A DNA stretch of 64,000 nucleotides from Bugula neritina (lineage: Eukaryota; Animalia; Bryozoa): positions 13,949,133 through 14,013,132 of the forward strand of contig OZ037771.1 of the NCBI GenBank assembly GCA_964035545.1, in the 5' to 3' direction. Shown piece by piece: positions 59,501 through 64,000 of this stretch. Numbering within the stretch: position 1 is the stretch's first letter; the number at the start of each line of letters is the position of its first letter. A program made the position numbers and the translations under genes. A model generated the notes under the pieces. The model worked only from the letters and a program-made list of their open reading frames with translations. It was not told the DNA's origin and ran no database searches.

Positions 59501-61418
59501 GGAGGACGGCAGAAGCTACCATTTTGTGTCACATGACCAGATGATGCACGACATCAGCAACAACGAGTACCTCGAATACGGAACTCACGAAGATGCCATG
59601 TACGGCACTAAACTCGAGACTATCCGCAATATTCACCGGCAGGGTAAAGTCGCCATATTGGATGTCGAACCTCAGGTTGGTTTCTAGATTTTCCTTAATC
59701 ACATTTTCACTTGTCTTAATATATTTTATCGAAGATTACACTTTGATTTCAGAGTTACTCTCTCTTACTGAAATATGTTAGATTGTTTGCCCGGATAGTG
59801 TGTACATGTCATCAGATTATGTCATGCTGGACTGAGACTGTTCAGTTACAGCTGAATAGTCTCAGTATATTGTATTTTGACCTTTGATCTGTTGCTCCCA
59901 GTAACCGTGTCCATTGTTATTCTCTTTCCTACTCTAAAGTTTTGTGACTAAATTGCTTTAAGTACTTCAAAATATAAGATATTTTAAAATCAATGGCTTG
60001 TAAATTTTAGGCACTCAAAATATTACGCTGTGGGGAGTTTTGCCCCCTTGTAGTGTTAATATCAGTGCCATCTCAACTTATAGAAAAGCAGGTAAATAAG
60101 GGTTGTGATTACATAACATCTGAGTCACACAGTTGATACCTGCCAGCAAACAAACACTTTGTTATTCTACACTAAATTTTCTGCTAATTTGGCTCTCATG
60201 TTGGCAGATGTCAAAAGTGTGGCTCAACTAACATATCATCAGGAATGACAAGATACGTGTCTATTCAGTGTAAAGCTTGTTGAGCTTACTCATGAAATAG
60301 TGTTGTATAGTTCGCACACTCTACAAGACAATGTATTTTGTCAGTCACTCGGTGATGGGAGTTGCTTGCTCAATGCAACTGATTTCTTGTGATTTGTCAA
60401 CTCTGTCGGTTGCTAGGCAACTCCCATACTTCCTGTGGGCTGTAGTCTATGTGTTAGTCTGTCCACTGTACAGCTCCTCAAAATTTCCCGTGCAGTGTTT
60501 AGGAGCTGAAGCTAAGCTAGCTATTTCCTGTTTACCTAATCACTAACACTTCCTGTCTGTCTGTTTAATCTCCGAAAGGCTCTGAAGATGCTTCGTAACG
60601 GCGAATTTGCTCCTCACATAACATTTATTGCTGCCCCTCCGCTCGAATACGCTGCTGAAAACAATTTTGAGATTGTAAGTTAACTTCCTGTAGCATTCCA
60701 CTGATTGTATGCGGTCGTAGTGTGAGTCTATGAGTGTGTCTGTCTGTAACCATGGAAGCAATAACTGTGACCATAGAAATGGTTGCTGTAACCTTGGGAA
60801 TGGTAACTGTAACCATGGAAACAGTAGCTGTAACTATGGAAACGGTAGCTGAATAGCTGTTCTAACTCACTTAGTTGTAGTATGATGTGTAATGTTAACA
60901 GATCCTGCTCACTCAAAGTCAAATGTAAAATTTCACCTTACCTGTAGAATTACCTCTCACTTATTTCTATAACATAGAAATTTTATGTCGGTTATTGAAA
61001 TAATTTAGAATGAAACAAATTAAGTAAATGCTTCACTAGCTTTAACTCATGGTATCAGTTTGAATGTAAAATGGTTATGCAACTACAAACATACAAGTTC
61101 TAATTTATTCGTCATCATCAAACTATACGCTGGAAATATCTTCAATTATTCAAATTAAATTGTTGATACAGATTTCTGTGGTACTGGTAGTGATGTATTT
61201 TAATTTATCATGATTTCTGATTGCTGAATAATGTATTCTAGGATAGCGGGCTAGAAAGGCTAGTGAAAGAAAGTGAAATGTTGGAACAGGCATACGGACA
61301 TTTTATAGACGTGAAAATAGTCAACACTGACATCGATGAGACCATAAGGCAGCTAGAGCAATCCATAAAACACATTTCCACGTCTCCACAGTGGGTTCCA
61401 GTCAGCTGGATCTATTAA
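32527..61418 (+). CDS. CASK: CASK/LIN-2 (calcium/calmodulin-dependent serine protein kinase, MAGUK family), 21 coding exons, 905 aa with exon 20b or 900 aa with exon 20a
   Basis: All exons join in frame (2718 nt with 20b). Diagnostic CASK peptides: [116 protein letters not shown]. Confidence 0.98.
33962..34074 (+). CDS. CASK: CASK exon 2 (kinase G-loop and beta3 Lys)
   Basis: [37 protein letters not shown]. Confidence 0.96.
34600..34705 (+). CDS. CASK: CASK exon 3
   Basis: [35 protein letters not shown]. Confidence 0.96.
35129..35206 (+). CDS. CASK: CASK exon 4
   Basis: [25 protein letters not shown]. Confidence 0.96.
35515..35676. repeat. 25-bp minisatellite (cacttactatgtaacttactgtaca) before the CASK exon 5 acceptor
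   Basis: Seen directly. Confidence 0.9.
35695..35873 (+). CDS. CASK: CASK exon 5 (catalytic loop and DFG-equivalent)
   Basis: [50 protein letters not shown]. Confidence 0.96.
37806..37981 (+). CDS. CASK: CASK exon 6
   Basis: [44 protein letters not shown]. Confidence 0.96.
38003..38305. repeat. 13-bp minisatellite (gtacagtgtgtat)
   Basis: Seen directly; explains the overlapping C/V/Y/M-rich ORFs. Confidence 0.95.
38406..38528 (+). CDS. CASK: CASK exon 7
   Basis: [41 protein letters not shown]. Confidence 0.95.
39424..39504 (+). CDS. CASK: CASK exon 8 (calmodulin-binding segment)
   Basis: [27 protein letters not shown]. Confidence 0.93.
39839..40008. repeat. 11-12-bp minisatellite (tatctgcagt/tatctgcactc)
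   Basis: Seen directly. Confidence 0.9.
41862..41988 (+). CDS. CASK: CASK exon 9
   Basis: [42 protein letters not shown]; phase 0-1. Confidence 0.9.
42194..42385. repeat. 24-bp minisatellite (gactcactcagttagttactagct)
   Basis: Seen directly; most units contain TGACTCA. Confidence 0.9.
42716..42837 (+). CDS. CASK: CASK exon 10 (L27N)
   Basis: [40 protein letters not shown]. Confidence 0.94.
44472..44657 (+). mobile_element. tRNA-Thr(AGT)-derived SINE copy 2 (B box deleted)
   Basis: gccgTGGTCTAGGGGttaaagtgttggcctAGTaaac (A box plus anticodon arm), then ~140 bp shared with 14170-14382. Confidence 0.8.
45111..45269 (+). CDS. CASK: CASK exon 11 (end of L27N, start of L27C)
   Basis: LYNRINST...[13 protein letters not shown]; 159 nt, phase 0-0. 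Confidence 0.94.
46137..46408. repeat. 17-bp minisatellite (tactatactctactgtg)
   Basis: Seen directly. Confidence 0.93.
46522..46604. repeat. 29-bp tandem triplication (ctgtctagtgacta.gtgctgccgtagca)
   Basis: Seen directly. Confidence 0.88.
47419..50700 (+). repeat. 19-bp satellite (tctagtgaggtgagtcata), ~170 units, 3.3 kb, in CASK intron 11
   Basis: Seen directly; recurring variants gtcgta, gagatgag, gagtttgag, gaggcgag, catttagtgaggttag. Confidence 0.99.
51696..52218. repeat. 11-bp minisatellite (gtactctgtat/gtactctgtgt)
   Basis: Seen directly; open in all three + frames. Confidence 0.95.
53268..53405. repeat. ~39-bp tandem repeat, ~3.5 copies
   Basis: ttactctagtat.agtt.ttactggtgtactctcaact recurs. 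Confidence 0.8.
53728..53925 (+). CDS. CASK: CASK exon 12 (end of L27C, start of PDZ)
   Basis: [25 protein letters not shown]...[17 protein letters not shown]. Confidence 0.96.
53926..54184 (+). repeat. 22-bp minisatellite (gttagtatatatttatagagta) starting at the exon 12 donor, ~12 copies
   Basis: Seen directly; fills ~90% of intron 12. Confidence 0.95.
54215..54379 (+). CDS. CASK: CASK exon 13 (PDZ)
   Basis: [55 protein letters not shown]. Confidence 0.96.
55270..55338 (+). CDS. CASK: CASK exon 14 (PDZ end)
   Basis: [23 protein letters not shown]. Confidence 0.94.
55311..55444 (+). repeat. 39-bp direct duplication of the exon 14 3' end plus donor (55311-55349 and 55406-55444)
   Basis: ttacaaacacccttctaccaactgtgag|gtaggctttat present twice, 95 bp apart. 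Confidence 0.95.
56803..57029. repeat. 22-bp minisatellite (tgtgtagcattgtatacacaca)
   Basis: Seen directly. Confidence 0.93.
57755..57853 (+). CDS. CASK: CASK exon 15 (SH3)
   Basis: [33 protein letters not shown]. Confidence 0.95.
58137..58290 (+). CDS. CASK: CASK exon 16 (SH3/HOOK)
   Basis: [15 protein letters not shown]...[26 protein letters not shown]. Confidence 0.95.
58533..58636 (+). CDS. CASK: CASK exon 17 (HOOK)
   Basis: [34 protein letters not shown]. Confidence 0.95.
58974..59100 (+). CDS. CASK: CASK exon 18 (GUK start)
   Basis: [42 protein letters not shown]. Confidence 0.96.
59473..59675 (+). CDS. CASK: CASK exon 19 (GUK)
   Basis: [52 protein letters not shown]...LDVEPQ. Confidence 0.97.
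60011..60091 (+). CDS. CASK: CASK alternative exon 20a ([27 protein letters not shown])
   Basis: ttttag acceptor, CAG|GTAAAT donor, 81 nt, phase 0-0, paralogous to exon 20b. Confidence 0.75.
60579..60674 (+). CDS. CASK: CASK alternative exon 20b ([32 protein letters not shown])
   Basis: CACTAAC branch-point motif at 60541, aag acceptor, GTAAGT donor, 96 nt, phase 0-0; closer to canonical CASK [20 protein letters not shown]. Confidence 0.9.
60745..60852. repeat. ~21-bp degenerate minisatellite (gtaaccatggaaacagtagct)
   Basis: Seen directly. Confidence 0.75.
61242..61418 (+). CDS. CASK: CASK last coding exon
   Basis: [39 protein letters not shown]...[10 protein letters not shown], stop TAA. 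Confidence 0.97.
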   Translation, partial: DSGLERLVKESEMLEQAYGHFIDVKIVNTDIDETIRQLEQSIKHISTSPQWVPVSWIY

Positions 61419-62031
61419 TCCTAGTCAATATAAGTTGCAGTTCAGAGAACAGGTGCTTGCAGGTTCTTTATGTGTCACCTGTTGCAATTTGGTCATGTGA
61501 CAGATGCTTGCAGGTTCTTTGATGCTTTACAGTCAGAGAAGGGTGCTGTTTGCTCCCAAAGCTTGTAGCCAATGTCTATTAGAGCGCTCAATTTTTCAAT
61601 TATGTATATTGAGGTGTACTTGCATAAATTTGGTGTCACTCTGAAGGTCAAGGTCAAGTAACATGTCGGGAACAACGTCTGGGAGATTTTAATTTGAGAC
61701 TAATTCGAAAATTAGGGTTATCTGCTTTTTACGGAAGTTTTAAAAGTGATGGAGTTACTTTCCCGCACCTTCAGAATGAGCATAATAAGGCTGTTTCCCA
61801 AATACTGTAATACTCCTTGCAATGACAAGCAATCTAGTTGAAGATATCTACTGCAGCTATGTTAGTTTTTAGGCTCTTTCACCGTTTCAATGAATTTTAT
61901 ACATATCTGTATGTAGTAGAATAACTTCCCTTATAAAGATATTATCTAAATATGCTGAATATATTTATCTATGCCAATATTGTAATATATTATTCTGCAG
62001 CTTCAAACAGGTTCGCAGTGAATGTATATAT

Positions 62032-62082
62032 AATAAATTATGTTATCAGTCTGTATTTTCAAAGTTCTCATGTTCAAATAAA
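62032..62082 (+). terminator. Candidate CASK polyadenylation signals (AATAAA at 62032 and 62077)
   Basis: AATAAA hexamers ~0.6 kb after the stop; the AT-rich context makes this weak. Confidence 0.35.
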
Positions 62083-64000
62083 CATACAATATATTTTAAT
62101 GTAACTCAACTCAAAGGCTGTCTTGTTTTCTCATTAACTGCATTTCCATTGCTTAGCATTATGTGATTGGATTTTTGAACTCATGTTTGGGAACAGTTGT
62201 ATAGAATGAAATCACAACCATAAGTTAGCGCAGACTGCAATGGAAACAGACTGCAATGGAAACTCAGTGATTAGCCTGTCAACATTTACTTCTGCATAGA
62301 TTTTATGACCAACAGAAATGTTTATATACTTGAAAATGAACTTGAAATGTTCAACAGAATTTCTTTCAAATAATTTGCTATGTTTATTTTGATTATTCCA
62401 TCTGCTAAAAAGACAAGAAATATACATTACGTTAGCAGAAATTAAAGAATAGGTTGATGTGAAAATGTCTACTTCAAACCACTCAAAGACATCTGAAATA
62501 TATTGCAGTGGTTTTCTTAGAAACCATTAAAATTAGCCATTCTCAGGTTATTTTTATGGTACATGCACACACACATCTCAATCTGTGGACAGCTGCTGTG
62601 TCAGGATTCGCCCTCTCATGTACTCCACACAAAACATGTTAAAAATCAATATATTTAAATTTATACAATTAACGCATTTTGTATAGGAATAACAAAACTA
62701 GAAAGGTATACTCTAGAAAAATAGATAGTTTTCTAGGTTTCTGTTGAAAAAATTCTTTAACAACTACAAAACAGTATGGCACCGGGCAATAATATAAACC
62801 TGACCAAATCTGCATCAACATGAATGAAGTCTTGTCAAATCTTTATTTGCTCCATCAAATAGGTTCACTCACTGCTTTCTGTCCGCCTCTTATTAAACTT
62901 CAACATGACGAGCTCAGCGGGCAACATGATGACAACCCTAGCTTGAAACTTCAATGGTCTTTCCTGGCATCAAAGTGAAAAAAGAAATTTTACAAACAGT
63001 GCAGCTTTTTAAAGTTACAGTAAAATCTTCTTTCCTGTGAGTTTAGTGAGTTTATTCACTATGAATACTAGCAAAATTTTAATATATGTTCTCAAACTTT
63101 GTACTTACGGGCGTTTCCTCTCACCCCTCAATAATAAATTATTTGAGAACAGAAACTACAGATATCTTCATTTCTATCAGTGCAAGACGACTCCCAATAC
63201 ATTGTCTTTTTCAAAATCCAAAGTTTTACTTGTGTCATTTTTTTCCAAACATCATATAAAGCTTCTCACCTCTTATAATAGCAAGTTGAAATAATAATAT
63301 AGCTGCATAGTATCATAACAGAATGATGTAATATATAAGTTATATGGTGATAGGAGCAACAATGTGTTGTATATTACTAGAATTGTCTCCCTTGCAATTG
63401 TATCCACTTCAAGTGCTGGTAATGAGTGTAAAATACTTATGGATCACTAAGTGTATATGAGAAGATAGTTTAAAGTAGAAGTGTTTAACATTTACAAATA
63501 TGTTACAAAATATTATCACATAATAGATAATAATAGTAAAACAAATATCAATAAAATAATATGCACACACTTAATAGTGAAGCTATATACTGTAGGTTGT
63601 ATATCATGACTGTACACTGAAGATAATAGTAAAACAAATAAGCAGATTATATATCAAGTGGTATATTAACACACTTAATAGTGAAACTATAATGTTGTAT
63701 ATCGCGACTGAAGATAATATTCAATAACTCATGCAATATGGAGTTGTAATATGGGTTGTATAATCACATAATATACTAATATCAAGTAGTACACGTGTGG
63801 AGTATACAATGGGGTTAAAGTTTGCATGGTATAAATGACAGAGTAAATTTTGTGCAGGTAATTGCATTGTACAAATGGAAAATTATACAAATGTACCACA
63901 TTTTCAAACTTGTGGTTTAGAGTTGAAAAGGTGGGTTTGGGTTTTGTGGTTTGGGAGGGTTGAGTGGTGGGTTTAAGTTAGGCGTAGGGAAATTTGGAGT

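Noticed and set aside
63930-63990. Telomere-like or G-quadruplex G/T-rich tract
   Set aside because: No regular TTAGGG units, short, and at the window edge.

Overview
Animal (most likely invertebrate) genomic DNA, AT-rich, with GT-AG introns and many minisatellites. The supplied ORF track is mostly uninformative because genes are spliced; gene models below were assembled by hand with exon phases checked. (1) + strand: a complete CASK/LIN-2 orthologue (CaMK pseudokinase-L27-L27-PDZ-SH3-HOOK-GUK), 32527-61418, 21 coding exons, ~900-905 aa, with a duplicated pair of alternative GUK exons (20a/20b). (2) - strand: a complete 9-exon alpha-arrestin (ARRDC-like) gene, 17427-8708, 411 aa, whose tail carries PPxY, LPxY, PSAP and YPxL motifs. 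(3) - strand: a small unassigned two-TM protein gene (5646-~4275). (4) - strand: a probable first coding exon of an SLC16/MCT-like gene running off the left edge. Repeats: a 3.3-kb 19-bp satellite made of 5' splice-site consensus inside CASK intron 11, a 2.2-kb 22-bp array with higher-order structure, several tandem repeats that amplify real splice donors, two tRNA-Thr-derived SINE copies, four copies of one MITE family (one with a nested MITE) and a 3.2-kb TIR-bounded remnant. Best candidates for undescribed biology: the duplicated GUK exons with competing intronic RNA pairings, the splice-donor arrays, the HRD->HRE/GFG->GFS kinase and altered PDZ pocket of this CASK, and the triple ESCRT late-domain arrestin tail.
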